64,000 nucleotides of DNA, taken from the NCBI GenBank assembly GCA_030917845.1, contig JAUPTY010000001.1:5289-69288 (forward strand). Direction: 5' to 3'. Source of the DNA: Actinomycetota bacterium. GTDB lineage: Bacteria; Actinomycetota; Thermoleophilia; Solirubrobacterales; 70-9. Shown here piece by piece: positions 27,932-36,539 of this stretch. Every line of letters begins with the position of its first letter. Position 1 is the stretch's first letter. The notes beneath the pieces were generated by a model. It saw nothing but the letters and a program-made list of their open reading frames with translations. It was not told where the DNA came from and made no database searches. A program made the position numbers and the translations under genes.

Positions 27932-28462
27932 TCAACCTCGGCCCCGTTTCCATGTCCAGAGCCGTTTGGACCGTCGTTCAGCTTCCCTGGAAATGATCCT
28001 CTGGAAGTTCTTGCCTCCTCGATCAAACGTGCTGATCACTGCTTCCGGTGTGGCCGCGGAGTCAAAGTTGCACGGGATCCAGTCGGCGGCCCGGACCTGG
28101 TGTATCCCAGATCTTCCGGCGGCCTCGGAATCGTCATACCACCATGGACCGATCACTTTGCCGAGTCGAAAGACGTCATCCGAAGTGCGAGTCCAAACCA
28201 GGCTTCCTTCGGGCAGACCAGCGAAACGGACGAGCATGCGCGCGGCCTTGTCTCCGTGACTCTCGGCCGTCCGGTTCACCGCCTCCTCGAGCGTCTCGGG
28301 AACTGCTTCCAGCGGTTCACCGATACCGACAATCCCGCGTTCCGTCCCCAGCCGGGATCCCTGGAAGGCCCCCGAATCGAAACTCCGGGCTCGCATCGGA
28401 GCCCGAAATACGCACGGTGCTTCGTCATTGAATTGTCTATCAGCCAAGGCGTTCTGCTTCAC
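27932..28462 (-). CDS. Hypothetical protein upstream of and co-directional with the sigma factor gene
   Basis: 176-aa ORF with a GTG start. I recognise no motif (it is not HATPase/RsbW-like or STAS-like). Coding is supported by composition and by its position filling the gap. Confidence 0.55.
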   Translation of the reverse strand: MKQNALADRQFNDEAPCVFRAPMRARSFDSGAFQGSRLGTERGIVGIGEPLEAVPETLEEAVNRTAESHGDKAARMLVRFAGLPEGSLVWTRTSDDVFRLGKVIGPWWYDDSEAAGRSGIHQVRAADWIPCNFDSAATPEAVISTFDRGGKNFQRIISREAERRSKRLWTWKRGRG

Positions 28463-28504
28463 GAGGGTTCCCGCACCGCGGGGCTACGAAACCGCGTCTC
28501 TTCT

Positions 28505-28530
28505 GAGTCGGCCCGGACCGAACCGGGTAC
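28505..28530 (+). promoter_or_regulatory. SigB/SigF-type promoter candidate (PfpI/DJ-1 gene)
   Basis: GAGT (28505-28508), N16, then GGGTAC (28525-28530). Confidence 0.45.
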
Positions 28531-28561
28531 TCCAGACATGAACCGACAATGAAAGGACCTC

Positions 28562-29107
28562 ATGAGTAGCAGACTGAAAGGCAAGAGAATTGCGATCCTC
28601 GCCGACAACGAAGGCGTAGAGGAGATCGAACTGAAGGGTCCGCTCCAGGCCCTGAAGGATGCGGGTGCCTCGGTGGAGGTCCTGGCGCCGGAAGAAGGAG
28701 AAGTTCAGGCCTTCAACCACCTGGACAAGGGAAGCCGCTTCACTGTGGACCGCAAGGTCACGGACGCTTCCGTGGACGATTACGCGGCCCTGGTGTTGCC
28801 AGGCGGAGTTGCAAATCCGGACAATCTGAGAACCGATCCGGAAGCAGTCGGATTCGTCCGTGAGTTCTTCGACAACGGCAAGACAGTCGGAGCAATCTGC
28901 CACGCTCCCTGGACCCTGATTGAGGCGGGTGTGATTGATGGCCGGACACTTACTTCATGGCCCAGCCTGAGGACTGACATCGAAAACGCCGGCGGTACTT
29001 GGGTCGATCAAGAGGTTCACATCGAAAATGACCTGATCACCAGCCGCAAGCCAGACGACCTGGAGATCTTTTGCCACGAAGTCGTGGAAGCAGTCGCTGC
29101 GGACTGA
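28562..29107 (+). CDS. DJ-1/PfpI family protein (type 1 glutamine amidotransferase-like)
   Basis: 181 aa: KRIAILADNEGVEEIEL..., ALVLPGGVANPDNLR, and the nucleophile elbow GKTVGAICHAPW. Confidence 0.9.
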   Translation: MSSRLKGKRIAILADNEGVEEIELKGPLQALKDAGASVEVLAPEEGEVQAFNHLDKGSRFTVDRKVTDASVDDYAALVLPGGVANPDNLRTDPEAVGFVREFFDNGKTVGAICHAPWTLIEAGVIDGRTLTSWPSLRTDIENAGGTWVDQEVHIENDLITSRKPDDLEIFCHEVVEAVAAD

Positions 29108-29116
29108 TCAGCGCTG

Positions 29117-29575
29117 CTAGCCATACCGGGCCCGGAGCGGGAAGTAGAGCCAGATCATCCCGAAAGCCGCGAGTGAGGTCACACCAGCGGCAATTGTCGG
29201 GATGGACCCGTACAGGTAGTCCGTAATCAAAGTCACCGCACCCGTCACCGCCAGCGCAAGGAAGGCGAGCCCCCAGATCATGAACCGGTTGGCGAACAGG
29301 AGGAGCCTTTCCTTCTGCTGGCGGCGAAAGGTGAGCCGATGGAAGGCGGTCGGCGCGATGAGAAGAAGTGAGGAACAAGCGGTGAATATCAGGGTTGCGA
29401 AGTAGAGCGACTCCTGAAACCCGGTGACCGAACCGAAACGTGACTGGAAGGGGACGGCCAGCAGAAAGGCGAAGAGAACCTGGACCCCGGGCAACGCCAC
29501 ACGCAGCTCCTGGAGCAGGTCGTTGAGATTGCGGTCGGTGCGCTCCCACGATTCTTCGTGGCGTGGATTGGTCAT
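29117..29575 (-). CDS. DUF6328-like membrane protein
   Basis: MTNPRHEESWERTDRNLNDLLQELRVALPGVQVLFAFLLAVPFQSRF. I prefer ATG 29575 (SD GAGG); ATG 29593 is an alternative. Confidence 0.7.
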   Translation of the reverse strand: MTNPRHEESWERTDRNLNDLLQELRVALPGVQVLFAFLLAVPFQSRFGSVTGFQESLYFATLIFTACSSLLLIAPTAFHRLTFRRQQKERLLLFANRFMIWGLAFLALAVTGAVTLITDYLYGSIPTIAAGVTSLAAFGMIWLYFPLRARYG

Positions 29576-29642
29576 TTGAGCCTCGGAAGGCATGGTTCCC
29601 GGCCTGACCGGCTTGAAACGGAACTTTCGTCCAGGCTCGCCC

Positions 29643-29668
29643 GGTTGGAGCCGCCGCCACGGGGGTAC
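29643..29668 (+). promoter_or_regulatory. SigB/SigF-type promoter candidate (HAD hydrolase gene)
   Basis: GGTT (29643-29646), N16, then GGGTAC (29663-29668). Confidence 0.45.
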
Positions 29669-29702
29669 ATCCAACTGGCAAAAGACGATCTGAAAGGAAG
29701 GG

Positions 29703-30395
29703 ATGCCCGAAAAAAGCGATGAAATAGAAGCGCTGATAGTGGACATCGACGGGACTCTCGTCGACTCGAACTACCAGCATGTTCTGGCATGGCAACGGGC
29801 CTTCGCCGCCTTCGACATAGCTGCAGAAGCCTGGAAGGTCCATCGCTACGTAGGCAAAGGTGGCGACCAGATGGTGGCTTCGGTGGCCGGGGAAACCGCC
29901 GAGCAGGCACATGGAGATGAGATCAGGGAAGCCGAGTCCGAGAATTTTCAGGAGCTGATCGATGAAGTCAGGCCGTTCGAGGACGCCTCGGGATTCCTGA
30001 ACGAAATGCACGGACGTGGCCTTCGACTGATACTCGCCAGTTCTGCCAAGGGAAACGAGGTTGATCACTATCTGGGTTTGCTCGATGCCACCGAGGCCAT
30101 TCACGGCCACACCAACTCCTCTGATGTTGACGCGACCAAGCCGGAGCCTGACCTGGTTCTGGCGGCGCTCTCAAAACGCGAAGGGCGGAAGGCACTAATG
30201 ATCGGCGACTCGATCTGGGACGTGGAGTCCTCGAAGCGGGCGGAAATCGACTGCCTCGCAGTGCTGACAGGTGGCTTTTCCAAGGCCGAGCTCCGCTCGG
30301 CCGGGGCGAAGGAAATCCAGCCTTCGCTCAGCGATCTGATTCAGCTGCCGGCTGGGAGGGTCGCTAGGGACCGCACCGATCGAATCTCGGGTTGA
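29703..30395 (+). CDS. HAD family hydrolase (phosphatase)
   Basis: 230 aa with motif I VDIDGTLVDS and motif IV IGDSIWDVES. Confidence 0.85.
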   Translation: MPEKSDEIEALIVDIDGTLVDSNYQHVLAWQRAFAAFDIAAEAWKVHRYVGKGGDQMVASVAGETAEQAHGDEIREAESENFQELIDEVRPFEDASGFLNEMHGRGLRLILASSAKGNEVDHYLGLLDATEAIHGHTNSSDVDATKPEPDLVLAALSKREGRKALMIGDSIWDVESSKRAEIDCLAVLTGGFSKAELRSAGAKEIQPSLSDLIQLPAGRVARDRTDRISG

Positions 30396-30400
30396 TCCCG

Positions 30401-30425
30401 GTGTAGCTCACCCCCTCGCGGGTAC
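30401..30425 (+). promoter_or_regulatory. SigB/SigF-type promoter candidate (interrupted helical-protein gene)
   Basis: GTGT (30401-30404), N15, then GGGTAC (30420-30425). Confidence 0.5.
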
Positions 30426-30464
30426 CTCCTGCATGGAAAAGGAAGCAACCGAAAGGACACCGAC

Positions 30465-30944
30465 ATGGCAGAAATCACGACAGTCGAAGAGAAGCTCGCG
30501 GAAGTAACCGGCCTGGCGCAGGCCGCGCAGGGCGCGATCGAGAAGGTCGCTCCGACGATCGAAGACGAGCAGGCTTTGTCTTCTCTCGAGACGATGAAGA
30601 GCGAGGCTGAGCAGACCGAAGAGCGCTGCACCTCGGTGATCGACAAGCGGGATGGGTCGAAGACCGCAATCCTCGACAAGGCCCGGGAAACCAAACAGGA
30701 AGCCACCGAGATGATGTCCACCTATCTGGGTGACGACTCGGATGGACTCGACGGAGTCGAATTCATGACGATGGCCGAAGCGGGTTAAGTGGGTCACTGG
30801 GAAATCCTCGGCGAGCTGAGCCGCAGAAGCGGAGAGCCTGAGCTTCAGGAACTCGTTCAGTGGGCGCTCCCGATCCAGGAGCGTCACCTGTCTGACGTCC
30901 GCAGCGGTTCCCTCGCCCTCGCTGGTCAGGTAGACACCGAATAG
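30465..30944 (+). pseudogene. Helical (ferritin-like?) stress protein gene interrupted by an in-frame TAA
   Basis: The 107-aa ORF ends ...FMTMAEAG-TAA (30786-30788). The same frame then continues directly as VGHWEILGELSRRSGEPELQELVQWALPIQERHLSDVRSGSLALAGQVDTE* to 30944. One G-to-T change of GAA would explain the stop. Confidence 0.6.
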
Positions 30945-30971
30945 CAGCCGGTTCCTTTAACGAACCGTCCG

Positions 30972-31002
30972 CAAAGGGCGGCGCTGGGGTCGCCGCCCTT
31001 TG
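30972..31002 (+). terminator. Hairpin terminator
   Basis: 12-bp stem CAAAGGGCGGCG (30972-30983) / CGCCGCCCTTTG (30991-31002) with a 7-nt loop, followed by TCTTCCCTTCC. Confidence 0.75.
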
Positions 31003-31207
31003 TCTTCCCTTCCGGAAGGAGAGTCGAACTCGAAAGAGGCAGCGCTTGATAGCCTCGCTCGCGGTGTGCCGGGAAGACTGGTCGGCGTCCAGCAGCCGTG
31101 CCCGAAAGACGACCCGTGAAACGACACCAACTCTCCGCATTCCCGCCCCTTGGCGACCATGACGTCACCCCGCGCCTGAAGCGCAGCGAACCGGGAGCAT
31201 CCCCCCG

Positions 31208-32410
31208 GTGAGGGCCAAGGTCAAGGACAAGGTCATTGATCCGCTCACGGACTTCCTCGACGACGAGGTCCTGGGCGGAGTCGTACTGCTCCTGGCGGCG
31301 ATAGCAGCGCTGGTCTGGGCGAACTCGCCCTGGAGTGACTCCTACTTCAGCTTCTGGAGTTCCTACATTTCAGTCGGATCCGGGAGCTTCGAGATCAATC
31401 TGGATCTCCAGCACTGGATCAACGACCTCTTCATGGCGGTCTTCTTTTTCATCGTCGGAGTCGAGATCAAGCGTGAACTGGTCTCCGGGGAACTGAAGGA
31501 GAGAAAGGACGCCATGGTCCCGGTCGTGGCGGCGATCGGCGGTGTCGCCCTCCCGGCAGTGCTTTTCACTCTGATCGCCGGTGGGGGAGCGGGTGCCGAC
31601 GGATGGGCGATCCCGGCAGCCACCGACATCGCCTTCGCGGTGGGGATCCTGGCCTTGCTTGGCGATCGCGTTTCGACCGGGGTTCGGGTATTTCTGCTTA
31701 CGATCGCGATCGTCGACGACATTATCGCCATCGCGATAATCGCCGCCTTCTACAGCGGCGGTGTCTCGCTCGGCTGGCTTGCACTTGCGGTCGGTGGGCT
31801 GTTGTGTGTGTTTGCTTTCCAGAAGTTCGGGATCTGGCGAATCTGGCCTTATGTCCCGCTTGCCGCGGTGGTCTGGCTCGCAACTTATGAGTCTGGGGTT
31901 CACGCGACGATTGCCGGGGTGGCGCTCGGGCTGATGGTTCCGGTCCGGCCTTTTAGGGGCCGCGAGGTTCACCGCAAGCTCGAACATGCACTTCACCCGG
32001 TCAGTGCTTTCCTGATCATCCCGCTGTTTGCTTTGGCCAACGCCGGCATCGATCTCGGTGGAGGGGTGCTGGGTGATGCCCTCAGAAGCGAAGTCACCTG
32101 GGCGGTCATCGTGGGACTGGTGGTCGGAAAGATCTTCGGCATATCCGGGGCAGCGCTTCTAGCCCTCAAACTTGGTTCCGGAACTCTCCCGCAAGGGATG
32201 CGACCGGCTCAGGTCTGGGGAGTCGGCGCGTTGGGTGGAATCGGGTTCACCGTCTCACTATTCATCACCGACCTGGCGTTCAGTGATGTCGCGCTGACCG
32301 ATGCCGCAAAGATCGGCATTTTCCTCGGCTCGATCCTCAGTGGTTTGATCGGTGCAACCCTGCTGCTGAGAATCCGCGATCCCGCCGAGAGTGAAGAGGC
32401 TCCTGGTTGA
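31208..32410 (+). CDS. nhaA: Na+/H+ antiporter NhaA
   Basis: 400 aa with a GTG start. DPLTDFLDDEVLGGVVLLLAAIAALVWANSPW... and the conserved VDDIIAIAIIA (DD pair). Confidence 0.92.
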   Translation: MRAKVKDKVIDPLTDFLDDEVLGGVVLLLAAIAALVWANSPWSDSYFSFWSSYISVGSGSFEINLDLQHWINDLFMAVFFFIVGVEIKRELVSGELKERKDAMVPVVAAIGGVALPAVLFTLIAGGGAGADGWAIPAATDIAFAVGILALLGDRVSTGVRVFLLTIAIVDDIIAIAIIAAFYSGGVSLGWLALAVGGLLCVFAFQKFGIWRIWPYVPLAAVVWLATYESGVHATIAGVALGLMVPVRPFRGREVHRKLEHALHPVSAFLIIPLFALANAGIDLGGGVLGDALRSEVTWAVIVGLVVGKIFGISGAALLALKLGSGTLPQGMRPAQVWGVGALGGIGFTVSLFITDLAFSDVALTDAAKIGIFLGSILSGLIGATLLLRIRDPAESEEAPG

Positions 32411-32423
32411 AAGACCGTCGCGG

Positions 32424-33839
32424 ATGACCGATTCGAGCTCGCTCGGGGGCCTGGGGCTTGAGAAATGGATAACCCTCGTCGTGGCGTCCGTCGCGACCGC
32501 GATTCTGCTGCTCGATGTGACGATCGTCTACGTCGCCCTGCCTTCGGTCCGGGCTGACCTCGGGGCGACTTTTGACGAGGCACAATGGGTGATCGATGCC
32601 TACACGGTGGTAATGGCCGCTACCCTGCTCGCCTGCGGGTCGCTTGCCGACCGGATCGGCCGCAGGCGGGTCTTCTCCGCCGGCCTGATCGTATTCACTG
32701 TCTGTTCGGCAATCGCAGGAGCAGCTGGCAACGCCCTCGTACTTGACATCGCCAGAGGATTCCAGGGCCTTGGCGCCGCAGCCATGTACGCCGCGTCCCT
32801 GGCTCTGCTGGCCAACGAGTTTCAGGGGAAGCAGCGTGGACTGGCTTTCGGAGTGTGGGGTGCGGTCACCGGGGCTGCGCTTGCGGTCGGTCCCCTGGTC
32901 GGCGGATTGGTGATCGACGGATTGAGCTGGCGCTGGATATTCCTGGTCAACGTTCCGATCGGCGTCCTCACCCTGGCTGGCACCTTGCTGTTCGTCCGGG
33001 AATCACGCGAACCAAAATCCTCACGCTTCGACCTCGCCGGCACAGTTCTCTTTGCGGCCTCCGCTTTCCTTCTGGTCCTTGGCCTGATCCGGGGTAACGA
33101 AGACGGCTGGGGGAGTCCCCTGATCCTCGGAACCTTCCTGGTCAGTGCCCTGCTCGCGGCCGCCTTCATCCGGGTCGAATTGAAATCAGCCGACCCGATG
33201 CTGCCTCTCCGCTTCTTCAAGTCGAAGCCATTCACCGGCACCGCAATCGTTTCCCTTGCCCAGTCGATCGCGATCTACCCCTTGCTGCTTTTTCTGGCGA
33301 TCTATCTCCAGGAAGGCCTCGGATTCGGGCCCACTGAGGCCGGTCTCCGGCTGCTGCCAATGACTCTTTCGATATTCCTGGTCGCCCCGTTTGCGGGACG
33401 CCTGACTTCACGGGTGACGATCCGGCTTCCGCTGGCTTCGGGCCTCGCGCTGCTGGCCGTCAGCCTCATGCCTATTTACGGGATCGACGCCGATGACGCC
33501 TGGACCCGGCTCCTGCCGGGGATCATCGTCGGCGGAATATCGATCGGGCTGATCAGCCCTTCACTGGCGGCAGCGATGGTCAGTGTGCTTCCGGTTGAGA
33601 AGAGCGGTCTTGCCTCGGGCATAAACAACTCTGGCCGGCAACTTGGAATCGCGATCGGAATCGCCGGTCTCGGGGCGATCTTCGATCATCAAGTCAACTC
33701 CGGGGCGAGCGTTCTCGCGGGAATCGCCTCTGGTCTGAATGCGGTGATTCTGGTCGCCGCAAGCACCGCAGCTCTCGCAGCTATCGTCTGCTGGCCGCTG
33801 CTTGGCCGCCAGAAGTCAAGCGAAAACGTCGAGCTCTAG
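32424..33839 (+). CDS. MFS transporter, DHA2 (EmrB/QacA-like, 14-TM) family
   Basis: MTDSSSLGGLGLEKWITLVVASVATAILLLDVTIVYVALPS, LADRIGRRRVF. I prefer ATG 32424 to track start 32391, which overlaps nhaA. Confidence 0.88.
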   Translation: MTDSSSLGGLGLEKWITLVVASVATAILLLDVTIVYVALPSVRADLGATFDEAQWVIDAYTVVMAATLLACGSLADRIGRRRVFSAGLIVFTVCSAIAGAAGNALVLDIARGFQGLGAAAMYAASLALLANEFQGKQRGLAFGVWGAVTGAALAVGPLVGGLVIDGLSWRWIFLVNVPIGVLTLAGTLLFVRESREPKSSRFDLAGTVLFAASAFLLVLGLIRGNEDGWGSPLILGTFLVSALLAAAFIRVELKSADPMLPLRFFKSKPFTGTAIVSLAQSIAIYPLLLFLAIYLQEGLGFGPTEAGLRLLPMTLSIFLVAPFAGRLTSRVTIRLPLASGLALLAVSLMPIYGIDADDAWTRLLPGIIVGGISIGLISPSLAAAMVSVLPVEKSGLASGINNSGRQLGIAIGIAGLGAIFDHQVNSGASVLAGIASGLNAVILVAASTAALAAIVCWPLLGRQKSSENVEL

Positions 33840-35092
33840 ACCGGAGCCAGAGCTGGCCCTGATCCCTTTCCTTCCGCAGGGAGCCACAGTGAAATGGTCG
33901 CGGCTATGAGCACGAACGCAACCGAGAACCACAGGCATCCTTCGAGTCCAAGCCACTGGTAGACGGCACCGGAAAGGATCGTGCCGATCAGGCGACCGCC
34001 GGCATTCGCCATGTAGTAGAAGCCGACGTTCTTGGCGACGTTCCTGTCGTCGGTGTAGGAAAGCACCAGGAACGAGTGGACGGCCGAGTTGAAGGCGAAT
34101 ATGACCCCGAATGCGATTAGTCCAACAACAAGGACCAGGGTCGGATCGACATTTGCGGCGAGGGAGATTGCGATCGCAGCCGGGAACGCCGCCAGCAGAA
34201 AGGCCAGCCTTGCGGCGGTGCGCCCGGTCGGGGTATGCCCGGTTTCCGCACTCCGACGCGCGAACAGGACGGGCGCACTCGCCTGGACTGCGCCGTAGCC
34301 AATTACCCAGACGGCGAGAAAGGCGCCAGCTTCCCAGAAGCTCCAGCCGAGGACGCTGCGAAGGTAAACCGGCAGGGCCACTACGAACCAGACGTCACGT
34401 GACGCGAACAAAAAGAGGCGGGCGGCCGCCAGGAGGTTGATCTCCCGGGTGTTGGAGAACATGTGCCGGAACCTTGCGCCCATGTCCGCGTAGCCGAGGC
34501 TGCCGCGCATGAGCAGGGAGGTCGTGATCAGGGCACTCGCGACGATTGCGAGCAGGATCAGCATCGCGGTCTGGAAACCGACCAGACCGAGAAGCAGCCC
34601 TCCGAGGAAAAATCCGACTCCTTTCAGCGCATTCTTGGAGCCGGTCAGGATCGCGACCCACTTGAACAGGGCGGAATCGGAGTCTTCGGGCACCACAAGC
34701 TTGACCGCGCTCTTCGAGCTCATCTTGGTCAGGTCCTTGGCGATGCCTGAAAGGGCCTGCGATGCCATCACATACGGAACGACCAGCCAGTCTTCGGGTG
34801 CGAAACCCAGCATCCCCAGAGCCAGGATCTGGATCCCGAGGCCCGAGAAAAGAGTGGCTTTCAGCCCGAGCCGGGTGGCGATCCAGCCGCCGAAGAGGTT
34901 GGTGAGGATCCCGAAGAACTCGTAGAAGAGGAACAGCGTGGCCACTTCGAGCGCGCTGTAGCCGAGCTGGTAGAAGAAGAACAGGACGAGGATGCGGCTG
35001 GCCCCGTCGGCAAGCGTGTCGGCCCAGTAGGCAGCCGTGACCAGGACGTAGTTCCTGAGGTCACCTTCTCTGCGTGCAGAGCCGACCATCAA
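33836..35092 (-). CDS. arsJ: MFS transporter ArsJ (organoarsenical / 1-arseno-3-phosphoglycerate efflux)
   Basis: 418-aa MFS protein immediately downstream of a GAPDH gene, with no spacer. The pair sits beside arsR-arsM, the diagnostic arsJ-gapdh synteny. Confidence 0.75.
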   Translation of the reverse strand: MMVGSARREGDLRNYVLVTAAYWADTLADGASRILVLFFFYQLGYSALEVATLFLFYEFFGILTNLFGGWIATRLGLKATLFSGLGIQILALGMLGFAPEDWLVVPYVMASQALSGIAKDLTKMSSKSAVKLVVPEDSDSALFKWVAILTGSKNALKGVGFFLGGLLLGLVGFQTAMLILLAIVASALITTSLLMRGSLGYADMGARFRHMFSNTREINLLAAARLFLFASRDVWFVVALPVYLRSVLGWSFWEAGAFLAVWVIGYGAVQASAPVLFARRSAETGHTPTGRTAARLAFLLAAFPAAIAISLAANVDPTLVLVVGLIAFGVIFAFNSAVHSFLVLSYTDDRNVAKNVGFYYMANAGGRLIGTILSGAVYQWLGLEGCLWFSVAFVLIAATISLWLPAEGKGSGPALAPV

Positions 35093-36130
35093 TCATTCCC
35101 CGGCGGGAAGTGTCCGGGCGATCATTTCTGCGATGTCGACCATCCGGTTCGCGTAACCCCACTCGTTGTCGTAGAAGGCAAGGATCTTCACCTGGGTTCC
35201 GTTGATCACCCTGGTCGATGTGGCATCGACAATCCCCGACCTCGGATCGCCCTTGAAGTCGACCGAAACCAGCGGGCGTGATTCGAACCCGAGAATTCCT
35301 TCGAGCTCGCCCTCCGAAGCGGAGCGGAGCAGGTCGTTGACTCTCTCCTTCGTGGTCGGCTCTTCTACTTCAAAGCAGCAGTCGGTGATGGAGGAGTTGA
35401 GCAGCGGAACCCGGACTGCGAGGCCGTCGAGACGGCCATCAAGCTCCGGAAAGATAAATCCGATCGCGGTTGCCGACCCGGTCGAGGTAGGGATCAGGGA
35501 GGTTCCGGCGGAGCGCGCCCGGCGCAGATCCTTGTGGTGGGCATCCACAACGACCTGGGTGTTGGTCAGATCATGGAGAGTGGTGATCGATCCGTGCCGG
35601 ATGCCGATCCCCTCCTTAATGACTTTGACCACCGGAGCAAGGCAGTTGGTGGTACAGGACGCCGCGGTGAGTAAGCGATCGCGTCCGGGCTTGTAATCGT
35701 CGTGATTGATCCCGTAGACGATGTTGAGGGCTTCCTCCTTCACCGGAGCCGCAACCAGGACTTCCCGAACCCCGTGATCGAAGTGGGGGGAGAGGAGATC
35801 CGGGGTGCGAAAGGCACCGGTCGCTTCGATGACCAGGTCGACACCGGACTGCTCCCAGGGAATTTTGCCGGGAGACTTGTGGGAGGTATAAGCGAGTTCC
35901 TTTTCACCGATTCGAATAGTGGTGCTGGCCGAACCGATTTCTTCGTCTTTCCAGCGGCCATGAACCGAGTCGAATGCGAGGAGGTGGGCCGCCGAACCAG
36001 CGTCGCCGGAGATCTCGTTCACATGGGCGAATTCGAGTAAGTCGCTGTCCCAGCCAGCGCGGAGGGCAAGCCTGCCCATCCGCCCAAAACCGTTTATCCC
36101 GACGCTGAGGGGCCTGCCCCTGGATTCCAT
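35093..36130 (-). CDS. gap: Type I glyceraldehyde-3-phosphate dehydrogenase (ars-associated paralogue)
   Basis: 345 aa with INGFGRMGR and the catalytic [10 protein letters not shown]. Confidence 0.92.
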   Translation of the reverse strand: MESRGRPLSVGINGFGRMGRLALRAGWDSDLLEFAHVNEISGDAGSAAHLLAFDSVHGRWKDEEIGSASTTIRIGEKELAYTSHKSPGKIPWEQSGVDLVIEATGAFRTPDLLSPHFDHGVREVLVAAPVKEEALNIVYGINHDDYKPGRDRLLTAASCTTNCLAPVVKVIKEGIGIRHGSITTLHDLTNTQVVVDAHHKDLRRARSAGTSLIPTSTGSATAIGFIFPELDGRLDGLAVRVPLLNSSITDCCFEVEEPTTKERVNDLLRSASEGELEGILGFESRPLVSVDFKGDPRSGIVDATSTRVINGTQVKILAFYDNEWGYANRMVDIAEMIARTLPAGE

Positions 36131-36185
36131 TGATGGTAATCGTATCTATTGACAAATATGAATGGAACTGTTTTGATGGATATCG

Positions 36186-36539
36186 ATGAGCTCTGAACTG
36201 ACGCTGACCCCTAAACAGAAGAGTCCGAACGGCGAGCCCTGTTGCGAGCCGGTCGTCTATCCCGACGTGGAGAGGGCGGAGGCCGAGCGGATGGCGGAAA
36301 TCGCCAAGGCCCTGGGTGACCCGATCCGCCTGACCCTGATCGACGTGCTTCGCAAGCACGCCGGCAAGGTCTGCGTCTGCGAGCTGGTCCCGCTGTTCGA
36401 CGTCAGCCAGTCGACGCTTTCCCATCACCTCAAGAAGCTGCGGGTGGCAGGAATAGTCGACTCGGAACGTCAGGGACTCTGGGCCTACTACTACGTGAAC
36501 CCCGAGGCACTGGAGGAACTTTCCGCATGGCTGAGTTGA
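36186..36539 (+). CDS. arsR: ArsR/SmtB family metalloregulator
   Basis: 117 aa with KALGDPIRLTLIDVLRKHAGKVCVCELVPLFDVSQSTLSHHLKKL, plus an N-terminal CC pair. Confidence 0.9.
   Translation: MSSELTLTPKQKSPNGEPCCEPVVYPDVERAEAERMAEIAKALGDPIRLTLIDVLRKHAGKVCVCELVPLFDVSQSTLSHHLKKLRVAGIVDSERQGLWAYYYVNPEALEELSAWLS

Noticed and set aside
31015-31055. tRNA-like fragment on the minus strand (GAGTTCGACTCTCC resembling a T-arm), a possible att-site remnant.
   Set aside because: The T-stem would have only 3 bp. I could not fold any acceptor or anticodon arm, and there is no CCA context or nearby integrase. It is most likely a chance resemblance.
36131-36185. A clean ArsR 12-2-12 dyad operator in the gapdh/arsR spacer.
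   Set aside because: I found only a short TATT-gaca-AATA symmetry and TGA(A)TGG direct repeats, with no convincing inverted repeat. I left it as an AT-rich divergent promoter region.
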